The notes beneath the pieces are model-generated. The model made no database searches. It was not told the DNA's origin and saw only the letters and a program-made list of their open reading frames with translations. 64,000 nt of DNA, from contig OX597820.1 of NCBI GenBank assembly GCA_951406725.2, positions 992,001-1,056,000 on the forward strand. Reading direction: 5' to 3'. Positions within the stretch are counted from its first letter, which is position 1, and the number at the start of each line of letters is the position of its first letter. A program made the position numbers and the translations under genes. Below are positions 12,396 through 26,763 of the stretch, one piece after another. This DNA comes from Octopus vulgaris (Eukaryota).

Positions 12396-13599
12396 ATATA
12401 TTTATTTATATATATATATATGTATGTGTGTGTGTATATCTTTGTGTGTCTGTTTCACCCCCCCCCCCCACCACCACATCACTTGACAAATGGTGTTGGT
12501 GTGTTTACATCCCCGTAAGCTAGCGGTTCGGCTAAAGAATAAGTACTAGGCTTACAAAGAATAAGTCCTGGGGTCGATTTCTTCAGCTACTAAAAGGCGG
12601 TGCTTCAGCATGGCCGCAGTGAAATGACAAGTAAAAGAATATATTTGTGTGTCTATATATGTATATATATATGTATGTGTGTGTGTTTGTGTTCATATGT
12701 ATATACAAGTAGTGTCTCTGTCTACAAACAAGTGAATGTGTAAGTTTGAGTTGGTGGGGGGAGCATAGTGGTTAAGAAGTTTGTTTCGCAAACTATGAGG
12801 GGCCAGGTTTGACCCTACTGTCCGCCATCTTGGGCAAGAGTCTTTTACATGCAAATATGAATATATATCGACACAATGTCTCTGTAAAAATGTGTTTACA
12901 CGTATTTGTAGACATGTGTGAGTGTGTATGTTATAGGTGGGTGTATATATCTTTTTTCTAACACTGTAATCTCTGTGGTTGGTATGTGTCTATGGAATTG
13001 TAGAAATGTATGAGTGTATATATTATACATACATTTGACATATTAACAATTTACACTCCTTTCTCTCTCTCCTCATTCCTCCTTTCACCTATTCACTATC
13101 CCCAGCCCCTCTTTCTTCTCCCTCCTCTCTTTCTCTCTTGCTTTGCCCCCTGCTATCTTTCTCTCTCTCCCTCTTTCCCCCCCTCTCTCTCTTCCAACTC
13201 TCACTCTTACTCTCCTTTCCTTCTCTTTTCTCATCTCTCTCCCATTCCTTCCCCTTCTCTCTCTCACTCCTTCCCCTCTTTTTCACCCCTCACCCTCTCT
13301 CTCCTTTCTTTCTCTCTTCTCTCTCTCTCTCTCTCTCTCTTTTCCTCCTCTTTCTCTTTCTAGCTTGCTTCTTCCCTTTCACTTCTCTCTCTCTCTCTCT
13401 CTCATGCTTTTTCTTCACTCCCAAACACTCCCATAGGCCCCCTCCTCCTTCCAGTTCCCTCCCCAAGGGCTATGGTGATGGGTGGGACCACTTCTATGGA
13501 TGACAGATTGGGGTGGAGTGGGAGGGGGGGAAGGGAAGAAAGGAGCAGACTTAAAGCCAAGACATTTCTTTCAAAATCAATCTCTGTTGGTATACACAC

Positions 13600-14510
13600 C
13601 AACATCATCACCATCACAACAAATGCCACCAGCAACACTACCATCATCATCATCATCATCATCATCAGCGGCAACAACAACACTACCACCACCACCACCA
13701 CCACCTCCTTCCATACCACAATAACAATCATCATCACTACAATACCACTGAAAACAACAACCAGCACCATCGCCATCATCATCATCACCATCATAAACAT
13801 CATCATCACCACCATCATAAACATCATCACTGCTCTTGCCACCACTAACACCACCACCACCACCGCATCTATCCTCATCATCACCACCACCATCATCATC
13901 ATAAGCACTGGCACCACCATCACCAACGTGACCACCACCACCACCACCACTGACAACATCCTTTCCAGTCTGTACCCTGGCTCTCAAATCAAGGTGTTGC
14001 ACTTAAGCAGCCTGGAGCTGAACACCAAAACACTGCCACCACCACCACCACCACCACCCCTCCACACCCAACCAATAACAACAACAACAACAACAACCCT
14101 ACATCTAAGCAGTTTCCATCTTTCTTTTCTTCCTCATTTTCTTTCTCGTTTTTCTTATTCTTTCTTGTATTTTCTTCTTCTTTTTCTCGTTTTCTTCTTT
14201 TTTTTTGGTTTTCTTCTTCTTTCGTTTTCTTTCTTGTCCTCTTCCCTTTCTTCCCCTTCTTCTTCTTCTTCTCTTCCCCTTCTTCCCCCCACCATAATCC
14301 TTTACCTTCTTCATTGCCTTCTTATATTGGAATTCCTTCTTATACAACCACCACCACCACCACCACCACCACCACCACCACCACCAACAGCAACAACAAC
14401 AACAACAGGAATGTCATCAATACCACCACCTTACCACCACCATTTTCAGCACCAACATCATCAACACTATCATAGTAATCACAACCACCACCACCACCAC
14501 CACTACTCTT
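13600..14510. repeat. Low-complexity (CAT/CAC/AAC)n and C/T tracts
   Basis: Directly visible. Explains the 369-aa ORF at 13472-14581. Confidence 0.9.
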
Positions 14511-15078
14511 GCACTCACCTAACCCTTGATCTAAGATGTTACACAAAATCTCCCCCCCCCCGCTACCACTTACTTGGTTAAGGTGGTGGGGTGGGGGTTA
14601 GTGTTTTGGGGGAATAAAAGAAAGAAAGGAAGTTGAGAGCAGGGCAAGGGAAAGGGGCTTAGGACCTTGAAAGGTAACTTTATCCCTGTTTTGGGAAAGC
14701 AAATGTAAATAAATATACAAATTGCACCCCCCCCCGCCGGCTGCTCCCATCTTCTCGTCTTTCTCTTCGTCTCTTCCTCCAGTCTTTCTCTGTCTTTCTT
14801 CTTCTCCTCCTTCTCCCTGGGTGCACTCCTTACCACTTCATAACCCTCAGCGCCAAAACTGCCGGCTCTATATCAGCACACCATCAGAATCACAACCACC
14901 AGTTACCATCAGCACAACTGCCAGGCAACCACAATGAGCTTCTACATCAGTCATGGCCAAACTGCGGCCCACGGGCCTCATGTGGCCCATGGCCTAACAA
15001 AACATTAACCGTGAATGCTGTTAACTAATGCCACCTGCCTTATGAGTCACGTCTCATCCAACCCACTTCTTATCATTA

Positions 15079-15460
15079 GTGGAGGTGCAATGGCCCAGTG
15101 GTTAGGGCAGTGGACTCACAGTCATAGAATCTCGGTTTCAATTCCCAGACCGGGTGCTGTGAGTGTTTATTGAGCGAAACCACCTAAAAGCTCCAGGCAA
15201 GGGGGGGGGGGGTGAACCCTGCTGTATTATTTCACCACAACTTTCTCTCACTCCTTCTTCCTGTTTCTGTTGCCCCCCCATATTTCAAAGGGGCCAGCCT
15301 TGTCACACACTGTGTCATGCTGAATCTCTCTGAGAACTACGTGAAGGGTACATGTGTCTGTGGAGTACTCAGCCACTTGCATGTTAATTTCACGAGCTGG
15401 CTGTTCCATTGATCGGATCAACTGGAACCCTCATCGTCGTAACCGGTGGAGCGCTACAAT
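15079..15460 (+). mobile_element. tRNA-derived SINE family D
   Basis: tRNA-like head gtggaggtgcaatggcccagtggttagggcag...ggtttcaattccc (A- and B-box-like) followed by a non-tRNA body. Confidence 0.75.
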
Positions 15461-15908
15461 ACATTATCATTTATCTTGCTAGAAATAGCAGTCAAATTTC
15501 CCACACATTACACATACTCCCACCTTTATAGGAAAGAATACCCTGGGTAATATAGTCCTGGTTTCTTCAGCACATAGTAAATAACATGGGATGGTCTTGG
15601 ATGGAATTTGTTTGATCACATAGGTTTACTTAATCAAGGCTGACCTGGGGCCATTCAACAATAACAACACCAAAAGAACAATAAGAACAATAATCACACC
15701 ACCACCACCACCACCATCTCCATATTGTCCTGCCTTCCCCCCCTCTCTTCCATCGCCACCAATACCACCATCACCATCTTTCCTCCTGGCTCTCAACCAC
15801 CACCACCACCATTTCCATTTCCTCCCACCCTTTCTATCCCTCCCTCTTCCCACCGCTACTCTACTTCTGAATCTTATATAAACCATTTAGTGATTGAAGA
15901 CATTTCAA

Positions 15909-16280
15909 TCTTCTTCTTCTTCTTCTTCTTCTTCTTCTTCTTCTTCTTCTTCTTCTTCTTCTTCTTCTTCTTCTTCTTCTTCTTCTTCTTGCCTTCTTCT
16001 TCTTCTTCTTCTTCTTCTTCTTCTTCTTCTTCTTCTTCTTCTTCTTCTTCTTCTTCTTCCTTCTACTTCTTCTTCCTTCTTCTTCTTCTTCCTTCTTCTT
16101 CTACTTCCTTCTTCTTCAATCTCATTCTTCTTCTTCCCTTCTTCTTCTTCCCTTCTTCTTCTTCTTCTTCTTCTTCTTCTTCTTCTTCCCTTCTTCTTCT
16201 TCTTCTTCTTCTTCTTCTTCTTCTTCTTCTTCTTCTTCTTCTTCTTCCCTTCTTCTTCTTCTCCTCCTCCTCCTCCTTCT
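15909..16280. repeat. Long imperfect (TTC)n/(GAA)n tract
   Basis: Directly visible, about 370 bp. Confidence 0.95.
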
Positions 16281-17800
16281 AAAGCAAACCCAAGATGAGA
16301 CCCAACACAGAATCCAATGTTACCACCTCACAGCATAAAGACTCTCCCTTCTGCTCATTGACTCTCTCCTAATATTTCTTCTTCTCCTCAATCTCTCTCC
16401 TTTTACTTTCTCTCATAAATCTTCTTGTCATTGTTGCTCTTCTTGCTTCACTTTCTACTTCTCTTATCATCTCTCTTCCTCTTCTTCTCTTCTTTCCCCT
16501 GATTATCCATTCCTCTGGATTCCTTCCTCTTCTTCTTTGCCTAACATTTTTCCTGTTCTTTTTTCAAATTTTCTTGTTTTTTTTTTCTTTTATCCTTTAT
16601 TTCATCTCTATTTTTTATTTTTTATTAGCATCCTGTTTTCTTCAAGGTGACATAAACCTTCTTCATGTCCTCTTCCTCTTCTGCTTCATGTCCTCCTTCT
16701 GTTCTGTTTCATGTCCTCTTTATCCTCTTCAGGATAACACAGACATGTTTTAACAAGTCTTAAAAGCCAATGTTTCAAAAAGAAAGGAATATATTTAATA
16801 CACAACTGTGTTCTCAGAGAAAAGGGCAACGCACACAACCTTTCCCTTTTCAAAGCCTTTTCAAAGACATCAGGAACCTTTATCCTCCAGCCTGAGACCT
16901 GATCCTGAATGCCTGCAATAAAATATACTCAGCTAAATGCATTGAAAAACCAAGATGTGGTGATAAACAGATTTTCTCAATCCCTTCATCTCTTGTGGGG
17001 CAGAGGCCATTGATGACTTTTCTTCAATGTTCTCAAAAAGTATTAAATTCCAAGAGTTACAAAGACCACCACATTCGTTCTTAATGTTCCAGAAGATTCA
17101 AATGCTAATATATTCATCACAGCTGTGTTTTGTCACAGGAGAGCAGCATCTCCTTTATGACAAGTGTCTGTTCATAACGCATTCTCTTCATTAGTATAAG
17201 GGAATCGGGGACAACCTAAGTTCCAGCATTGTTGCGTCTCATCAGCCCAACGTACCACCCACCTCTGGACTAACAACTCTAATTGTTAAATAAACTGAAA
17301 TTACTGTTATTTAAATGGCAGGACTGTTATGATTTGAGTGGACTGACATCTTTATAAGCAGCTGTTACTTTCATTCACCTCATGCAGTGATTCCACGATG
17401 GAATAAAGAACACAAGTGATAACATAAAACTCTCGCTCCTCCTCATGGTTTGATGGGAAGGAAGAGCAGTTTGTTTGGTTTCTAAATAAATTGTTATGGA
17501 AGTCAGTAAATATTAATATTACTAAGAGATAATCCATTGAATAAATATGTCTCTTTTCTCCTCCTCTCTCTTTTCTCTCCCTTCCATGTTTGCTTGCCTC
17601 TCAGTCAGTCAGGCCAATCCCACCCCCCAAGCATTTCCTTTTTTCTCTCATTCAACATAGCAGCTTCTTTCCTTCGTCCTTATTCTTCTACAATCTTTTA
17701 GTCAGTCCATCAGTTTATCTACTCATCTCTTGATGCATTTATCAACCTACAAATTTGCACTTAGTTTCATTCATATCTCACTTATCTCTCTATATTGATG

Positions 17801-17865
<65 letters not shown>

Positions 17866-18227
17866 GATCCATACCTTTATATAATGTTTATATTTCATAT
17901 AAATCTGTATACATATCATTCCTATCTGTCCATCTGTATTTATATGTTATCATTTCTCTTGCGTACACGTCTATCTGTGAGTACATGTGTGTGTATGTGT
18001 GTGTGCAATCTTACTATCTCACTTATAATTCAAACAAAATAATATTTATATTTATATTACATTTTTATGATCAAATGACTGCTGGGACTTCGAAGTAATA
18101 TGCATAATACACGTGAATAAATTGTTGTAAACATTCACGTCTATTGACATAGTGTTTGATTGGTCACCTGCATGTTGAAACAATTGTAAACCATAGAGTA
18201 AATGTAATGCCATACACTTCAGTCTTC

Positions 18228-18278
<51 letters not shown>

Positions 18279-18519
18279 TGTGTCTGAGCCTTTATGTCAT
18301 GTCTCTGTTTATCACTCTAACTCCATTTGACAACTGGTCTTTATTTGTTTACATTCGTGTGACTTAGCTGTTCACTGAAAGAGACCTTTAGCAAGTACCA
18401 GACTTAAAATACAAGTACTTGGAAGTGGGGATTGACTTGTTCAACTAAAACACTTCAAAGGGATGCCCCAGTATGGGGCAATGACTAAAACAAGTAAAAA
18501 ATTAGAGAAAGGGTGATTG

Positions 18520-18880
18520 AATCATACTGCCCAGGTGTCAAAACCATAGCGATTTCTGTAAGGCAGCTGATGATGGGAATATATGCTTGATATGCTTGTT
18601 GCTTGTGAATCGTTTACATCTTGTGGTCTTGATTTTCTAAATTGGTCTTCATTCTCAAATTGTTAAACTAGTTAGTTTCTTGGTTTATCATACCATACCT
18701 TGGAATTGTGCAATTGTTCTTCATTGGGATTCTAATCCTGGATAGGGTAATACAAGGTTTTGCTGCTTATATTAAAGATGAAATTATAAATCTAGGGCAA
18801 TATCTATTTCATTAGCAATCTCAGATATCAGAACATTTACCATAAACTATTTTGAGAATTCACTTTGCTTGATTTTGCTG
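18520..18880 (-). mobile_element. Decayed R4/Dong-like LINE fragment (zinc-knuckle region)
   Basis: Minus-strand remnants resembling IQD..IP.KN and CK.F....IKHI.S. Confidence 0.45.
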
Positions 18881-20063
18881 TGATCACTCAAAAACCTCAA
18901 AGGTTATCCCAGAATGCATTGGATGGCATACACCTAGATACCCCTCCCCACCCTCCTCCACCACTGCTGTATCTTGATACAATCAATACTCAGGACAGAA
19001 GACACTGAACAATCTGGTCTGAAAATAACACTGTAACAGCCAGTAAAGTGTGTCTGTTGTGATGGCCATGGTTGCTAGCGGTCAGCTAATTGACCAGTTT
19101 TCTATTTCTATGATAAACAAATGTCTGCTTGAATTGACTGGGGTCGTTCAATAGGAAACAATAATAACATCACTATGGTGACGGAGATGAACAAAATAAT
19201 AATTTTTTTTCCTGGCTGTAAGGTTAAGAAGCTCAGTTTTCAACTATGTGATTTGAGGTTCAGTTCCACTTTGGGGCACCTTGGGCCAACCAATGCCTTG
19301 TGAGTGGATTTGGTAGATGGAAACTGTGTGCAAGCCCATTGTTTTTATGTGTCTTTGTTTGTCACTCCCACCCACCACTTGACAACCAGTGTTGGTTTGT
19401 TTATATCCTCATAACTCAACAGTTCAGCAATAAAGACCAGACTTATAAATAGGTAGATGGCTGTTATTTCAAGGAGGTCAAGTAATCCTGCAATGACTCC
19501 CTCATTGCCTCACAGTCGCACTTGTCGAGGGTGGGGGTACGTTTTCCATTGTAGCAGGTGAAACTGCAGTGGCTACAACAACAATAATATTAATGGTAGC
19601 GAAAGGGATGCAGCCGGCTGTTATTGCTTGCACATCTATTTCTAGTTGTGATACAGAAAAATGGAGCTGATAGTGAAAGTAGAAATGATTGTGGATGTAA
19701 GAGCTTCTAGTAAAACATTATTCTCTCGATGACCCTCCCTCACTCACCTGTTTCTGGCTCAATCTCCCTTTTCTTTCACTGCTCCTTGTTTTCTATACAT
19801 AAAAGTTCTTCCACATTTTTTTAATGTTTTTATTTGGTTTCTTTAATTTTTTTTTTTTTTTACCTTACAACATCAAAACATCATCCTCCAGCAGGTCTTC
19901 TTTGTTTTCTTCTTCCAGTTCCCTTTTTCATACAGATACCTATTTACTATTAATATTTGCAATCTATATTTTCCCAAACATTCATTTCATTGCAAGAACT
20001 ATAGATACATATATATTTCAACCGTTTTTTTCTTTCCTTTTTATTATTATTGCTTTTACTTTT

Positions 20064-20096
<33 letters not shown>

Positions 20097-20464
20097 ATTA
20101 TTATTATTATTCCTAGTAGTAGTAATAGTAGTAGTAGTAGTAGTATCTGATATGAAATAACATAGATTTACCAATTATTCTATTGCTTTTTGAGAACACT
20201 GAAATTCCTCTACTTTTTGAAACTACTAACTATAGACTCACCCCCAACCCTCCAGCCATTCACATATTTAAAGGGAGGGAGGGGGGGATGAAAAAAAAAA
20301 ACGAACAAGTAAAAAAAATATAAGCAAACAATAGAAACAACATCAAAAAAGGTAATAGCTACAATTACCTAACCCGACCACTGTTGTTAGTTTAGTAATA
20401 ACATATGGCCGCCGAAATGTTCCTTTGGCTTCTGAAGCAAGGTTTGTGTGTGTGTGTGTGCTTG

Positions 20465-20496
<32 letters not shown>

Positions 20497-20715
20497 CTTT
20501 TGCGTGGTTGTATATATATATATATGTGTCTGTGTGTGTGTGTGTATGTGTATGAGTGCTTGTGTGTACTTGTATATATGTGTGTGTGAATGCTTGTGTG
20601 TGTGTGTGTGTGCTTGTGTATGAGTCTACATATATGTGTATATACATGTGTGCATATGTGAGTGTGTATGTGTGTATGCCTGTTTGTGTGTGTCATATAT
20701 ATATATGTGTGTGTC

Positions 20716-20763
<48 letters not shown>

Positions 20764-21048
20764 ATATATATAAGTGTGAGTGTGCATATGCCTCTATGTA
20801 TGTCTGCTTACATGTGTGTTTCTCATGTGAATCCATGTGCTTGTACAACATGTGTATGTTGAGCGTGTGAATGTGTGCGTCTAAGCCTGACTGCATTTCT
20901 GGGTGCTGCATGTGGTTCATTTTCTACATGTTCAGAGACAGATGTAAACACAATCACAGAGGAATAACTAGATTCATCTGTTATCTATTTATTACATAAT
21001 AAATATATCGCATATAATAATATATTATATCATAATAATAATATATAT

Positions 21049-21437
21049 TCTTTTATTTGCTTCAGTCATTTGACTGCAGCCATGCTGGAGCACCGCCTTT
21101 TAGTTGAACAAATCGACCCCAGGACTAATTCTTTGTAAGCCTAGTACTTATTCTATCGATCTCTTTTGCCGAACTCCTAAGTTACGGGTACGTAAACACA
21201 CCAACATCAGTTGTCAAGCAATGGTGGGGGGGGGGACAAACATAGACACACACACATATACACACATATATATACGATGGGCTTCTTTCAGTTTCTATCT
21301 ACCAAATCTGCTGTCAAGGCTTTGGTCAGCCCAAGGCTATAGTAGAAGACACTTCCCCAAGATGCCAAACAGTGGGACTGAACCCAGAAGTATGTGGTTG
21401 GTAAGTAAGCTACTTACCACACAGCCATTCCTGTGCC
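21049..21437 (-). mobile_element. Full-length SINE family A
   Basis: Reverse complement of the 10289 and 22278 copies. Confidence 0.9.
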
Positions 21438-21987
21438 TATTATAAGTATACATATATATATATATATGTATGTATATATAATAAGATTATAGATAGGGTA
21501 TATGTAATATTTACCCATGTAATTTTTAACTTTTGCTCGTTTCAATCATTGGACTGTGGCCATGCTGCAGCATGGCCTTGAAAGGTTTTTTAGTCAAACA
21601 AATCAGTTCCATCAATCTCTTTTGTTAAACTGCTAGGTTATAGGGAGGTAAACAGACCAACACCAGTTGATAAGCAGTTGGGGACAAGCACACTTACCTG
21701 TAGTTTCAAATTTAGTTCCATAATGAGGCACCTTGGGCATGTGCCTTCTGCTACATCCCTGAGTCAACCCATGCCTTGAGAGAGGATGTGGCAGACAGAA
21801 TCTGCGCAACCTTATTGAGTGTGTGTGTGTGTATGTATATGTGTGTGTGTCTTTGTGTATGAGTGAGTCCTCTCCCCCAGTGCCTGACAAGCAGTGTTGG
21901 TTTGTTTACATCCCTGTGTTCAGAAAAAAAGACTAATAGAACAAGTACCAGAATTTAAAAAAGAAAAAAATGCAATATTAATAATAA

Positions 21988-22201
21988 TGGTTTCAAATTT
22001 TGGCACAAGGCCAGCAAGTTCGTGGGACGGGGTAAATCGATTACATCAACTCCAGTATTCAACTGGTACTTAATTTATCAACTTCGAAAGGATGAAAGGC
22101 AAAGTCGACCTCAGCAGAATTTGAACTCAGAACATAGTGGCAGATGAAATACTGCTAAGCATTTCGCCCAGCGTGCCAACGATTCTGTCAGCTTGCCACC
22201 T
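21988..22201 (-). mobile_element. SINE family B
   Basis: Matches family B. Flanked on both sides by (TAA)n. Confidence 0.85.
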
Positions 22202-22277
22202 TAATAATAATAATTATTATTATATATATTATTATATATATTATTATATATATTGTTATATATAATATCATATATAA

Positions 22278-22670
22278 CAGGAGTGGCTGTGTGGTAAGTA
22301 GCTTGCTAACCAACCACATGGTTCTGTGTTCAGTCCCACTGTGTGGCATCCTGGGCAAGTGTCTTCTGCTATAGCCCCGGGCCGACCAATGCCTTGTGAG
22401 TGGATTTGGTAGACGGAAACTGAAAGAAGCCTGTCGTATATATGTATATATATGTATATGTGTGTGTGTGTGTTTGTCCCCCTAACATTGCCTGACAACC
22501 GATGCTGGTGTGTTTACGTCCCCGTCACTTAGCGGTTCGGCAAAAGAGACTAATAGAATAAGTACTGGGCTTACAAAGAATAAGTCCCGAGGTCGATTTG
22601 TTCGACTAAAGGCGGTGCTCCAGCATGGCCGCAGTCAAATGACTGAAACAAGTAAAAGAGTAAAAGAGTA
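22278..22670 (+). mobile_element. Full-length SINE family A with well-preserved CpGs
   Basis: Complete head, internal microsatellite and tail. Confidence 0.9.
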
Positions 22671-22863
22671 ATAATAATAATAATGATGATGATTCTTTCT
22701 ACTGGAAGCACAAGGCCTCAAATTTGGGAGAACAGATTAAGTCGATTACATCGACCCCAGTACAAAGCTGGTACTTATTTAATCAACTCCAAATGGATGA
22801 AAGGCAAACAAAATACTGCTAAGCATTTCACCCGGCAGCTAATGATTCTGTCAGCTCACTGCC

Positions 22864-22942
<79 letters not shown>

Positions 22943-24130
22943 TAATAATCATCATCATCATCATCATCATCAAGCAATGGCAATGGCAGGCCATTATTTG
23001 TTTTTAACTGTTTGAGTGAAAGGTCACAATTGGTGTCTGTAGGCATTGAGGTTCTATTGTTTGAAATGAAAGATATTGTTTGTGTGTGTGTGAATGGATT
23101 GTTTGGAATGAACGTACATGTGAGTGTGTGTGTAAGAATGTAGGTGTGTGTGTGTGTGTGTGTGTAAATAACTAACAACATTGCCAGATTAGAAAATACT
23201 TAAATAGTTTTATATATTGGCAAGGTCCATTTTTATTACATCTGGCAGCAGCAGAGCATCTATGGTTGCTATTATTGTTTAGCCCCGGGTCAACCCTGAC
23301 CAAGCAGACCTATGATCAATTTGCATCTTTGACTGACCTTCCTTTTAAGAATATCTAACACTTTCTTATCCAAGAGATTCGTACCAATAAAGGAAGGTGG
23401 TGGCTTTGTAATGGTTTTTGTTGTATTTTTGGCAGTTGTTGCTGTTGTTGTTCTTGGAATACAAAATGGAAAGAAACGCCTCGGGTTACGGAAACAATTT
23501 CTGAGTGTCTTAGCTGAGTGGAAATTAAGTCTGAGGAGCCTGGTGGTTTACCACATCATCAAAAATGATGATGAGTGTGAAGGTGGGGGGAGAAACCCCA
23601 CACTGATATATAATACCATTGCATATTATGGTTTAAACCTGTGGCTTTTCAACCAGGGTACATATGACCCTTAGGGGTTCATATAAGATTTTGCAGTTAA
23701 AATTTATGTACAATAAATTTGTTATACATCTACAGAGACTGAAAGAAGCACATATGTATGTGCGTGTGTGTATGCGTATATATATATATATATATAGGGA
23801 GAGTCTACGAAAAAAACAAAAGACGAAGACAGGTGGTGTACAAAACAAACAGATGTATTAGTATAACGCTCAGGAATAGTATACGCTCTTCTACAGAAAG
23901 GGACACAAAAAAAAGGAGAGAAACAAGGAGAGAAAAAAAAAAAAATATATATATATATATAACAGAGTAAGCCCATAAATGTGAAACAAGGTGGAAAGAA
24001 AAGGGACTCGAATACCAGCGGTAGTGTACTATGCATTTTAATGAAGTGTATATGTATGTATGTATGTATGATCATCGTCATCATGATATATATGTATGTA
24101 AATATATATATGTACATATATAGCTATGTA

Positions 24131-24189
<59 letters not shown>

Positions 24190-24534
24190 ATATGTATATA
24201 TACACATACATATGTATATATCTGTGTGTGTCTGTGTTTGTCCCTCCCATTGGTGCTTGATGTGTGGGTGTTAACATCCTTCTTCTGTGCTGGCATGGAT
24301 TGGCCAGGGGACTGCACCAAGCTCCCAATGTTGGCTTCAGCATAGTTTCCACAGCTGGATGCCCTTTCTAATGCCAACCACTTTACAGAGTGGACCGGGT
24401 GCTTTTTACATGGCACCAGCAGATAAAAGGAGATGCTATATCTATTATGTGTGTGTGTGTATGTATGTGTGTGTGTATGTGCGTGTGCGTGTGTGTGTAT
24501 GTATATGTGTGTATGTATATGTATGTATGTATGT

Positions 24535-24908
24535 GAAGAAACCAAGGCTGCGATTTAAGAACTGTGTCAAGTCCTTATTAAAGGCTTGTGATATGCAGGA
24601 CACTGACTGGGAGAACAATGCCTGTCATCGCCACAGATGGAGGAAGCAGGTTAAGGAGGGGATCGACACTTTTGAGGGAGCACATATCCAGCATGAAGAA
24701 CTTAAGCGAGCTGCACAAAAGCGCAGGGCTCGTATAGTGAATGGGGAAAGCTTGGTCTGCAATGTTTGCAGTCGTGTATGCTTGTCAAGAGCAGGGCTCA
24801 TTAGCCACCAATGGAGCCGCAAATGCAAAATATAAGTTAGTCCTAGAGCGCACAATGTTCCTGAAGGTTGGCAATGGTCTTCCTCGGTCACGAGTGGATG
24901 GCCATCAT
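24535..24908 (+). mobile_element. RTE/BovB-type LINE 3' end
   Basis: KPRLRFKNCVKSLLK...WENNACHRHRWRKQVKEG...FE...KR...CNVCSRVCLSRAGLISH is the typical RTE-BovB ORF C-terminus with a terminal Cys/His motif. Confidence 0.85.
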
Positions 24909-25285
24909 ATATATGTATGTATATATATATATGTATATATATTTATATATATGTATGTATATATATGATCCGCTGGATGTGTAATGTCGACTTAATGGAA
25001 GGAGTGAACTTAAGACCAAAACAAACATTTGATCATTATAAACAAAGCATCGAAACATTTCTTTCATGACAAGAAACTCCGTAAAAAAAAAAAATATATA
25101 CATATATATATAATGCCATGAAACTAGTATTGATTTTCTTAGGTCATTCAATTTTCCCCAGTTGATCAATAGACCAATTGAGTAAACCTATCAGTAATGT
25201 ACACATGAGGACCACTGGAAACGACTGTGAGCCACATTTGCTCTAATAAAGAAATTATATGTAATGACCATTATTTTTAACTTGT

Positions 25286-25349
<64 letters not shown>

Positions 25350-25351
<2 letters not shown>

Positions 25352-25845
25352 TGAGGTATGGCATTCACACCATTGCAGCATGTTGGTGCATTCCCCATTT
25401 GTCAGTATATCGCTGAGTCCTCCCTAGTGATCCATTGAGCAGAGTCCAAGTCAGTCCCCATCTCTGCAAGATACCTCTCCATCTGCCGCAACCATGTGGC
25501 ATGTGGTCTACCAGCACAAGCCGTCAGCCGAAACAGATCCTCATTGAAGGGGAACACAATAAGCAGGGTCCAACTCGCGAAATCAAGCAACATGGACAAA
25601 TAGTCTGAACTGCCGCTAACCACATGGTACAAACAACAGGATGCATTCCAGTTTCTGCATGGAGTCTTTGGCTGGATACAAAATCCAATCAATGGCCATT
25701 TCATAATCTTGCAAAGTGTCCTGGTTCCAAAAGAGTTCAGGTGACTCCTAAGGACCCTGGACAATGTCCAAATCTCACAACTATTGAGCAGAATAGAGGG
25801 GACAAGAGACCTTAAAGACTTCAACCTTTGTCTTCCTGTTCAGAT
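25350..25845 (-). mobile_element. RTE-clade LINE 3' fragment
   Basis: SLVPSILLNSCEIWTL (LLYGCETWTL-like) and GRPHATWLRQ motifs. Confidence 0.8.
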
Positions 25846-25849
25846 ACAC

Positions 25850-26422
25850 TCATACACACACACACACACACTCTCTCTCGCACACTTACACTCACTCTCT
25901 TTCTCTCTCTCTCCACACACACACACACACACACTCACACACACACACACTCACACATACACCCTCTCTCGCACACTTACACTCACTCTCTCTCTCTCTC
26001 TCCACACACACACACTCACACACACACCCTCTCTCGCACTCTTACACTCTCTCTCTTTCTCTCGCTTTTTTCTCTTTCTCTCTCTTTTTCTCTCTCTCTC
26101 TCTCTCTTTCTCTTTCTCTCTCTTTCACACACACACCCCCTCTCTCTCTCACTTTTTCTCTCTCTCTCTTTCTCTCTCCCTCTCATGCACAAACGCACAC
26201 ACATACACACACACACACACACCCTCTCTCACACTCTTACACTCTCTCTCTCACTTTTTCTCTCTCTTTCTCTCTGTCTCTCATGCACACACACACACAC
26301 ACACATCCTCTCTCGCACTCTTACACTCTCTCTCTCACTTTTTCTCTCTTTCTCTCTCTTTTTCTCTCTCTTTCTCTCTGTCTCTCTCTCACACACACTC
26401 ACACACACTCACTCACTCACTC
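25850..26422. repeat. Compound (CA)n/(CT)n repeat with a recurring ctctctcgcac(a/t)cttacactc unit
   Basis: Directly visible. Confidence 0.85.
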
Positions 26423-26763
26423 ATATAATAATCTTTCACAATGTGAATTCTTTGACTTTAATCTCCATCACTCACAGCCAGCAGCACAACATAAATAAGA
26501 ATAAAAAACAAAAATCGTTGACAATTCTCAAAGAAAAAACAATAAAACAATTGAGCACAAAAGTACAAGAAAAAAAATAAAGAAAATCTAAAAAGACAAA
26601 ACCACAAAATGTAATTATCTTGGAGGTCCTCCTCCTTCCCACCCACCATGCTAGAATTTTTGGAAACAATGGTGACATTTTTATTTACTTATTTATTTCA
26701 ATGTTTATTTATTTGCTTGTTGAGTGTTCGTTATTTAATACGGTTGTTTCTTTCTCTCCACAG

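Noticed and set aside
13472-14581. Longest ORF (369 aa) and other long ORFs rich in I/Y/T/H/S/L
   Set aside because: Translations of stop-free microsatellites with no domain-like content.
15079-15155. tRNA gene
   Set aside because: The tRNA-like head runs into a SINE body, with no intact cloverleaf or terminator.
19646-19696. 51-nt phase 1-1 exon candidate (VIQKNGADSESRNDCG)
   Set aside because: Modest acceptor, and not phase-compatible with the next candidate exon, which starts in phase 0.
25200-25235. atgaggaccactggaaacgactgtg hammerhead-like string
   Set aside because: Core, stem II and cleavage site are all defective.
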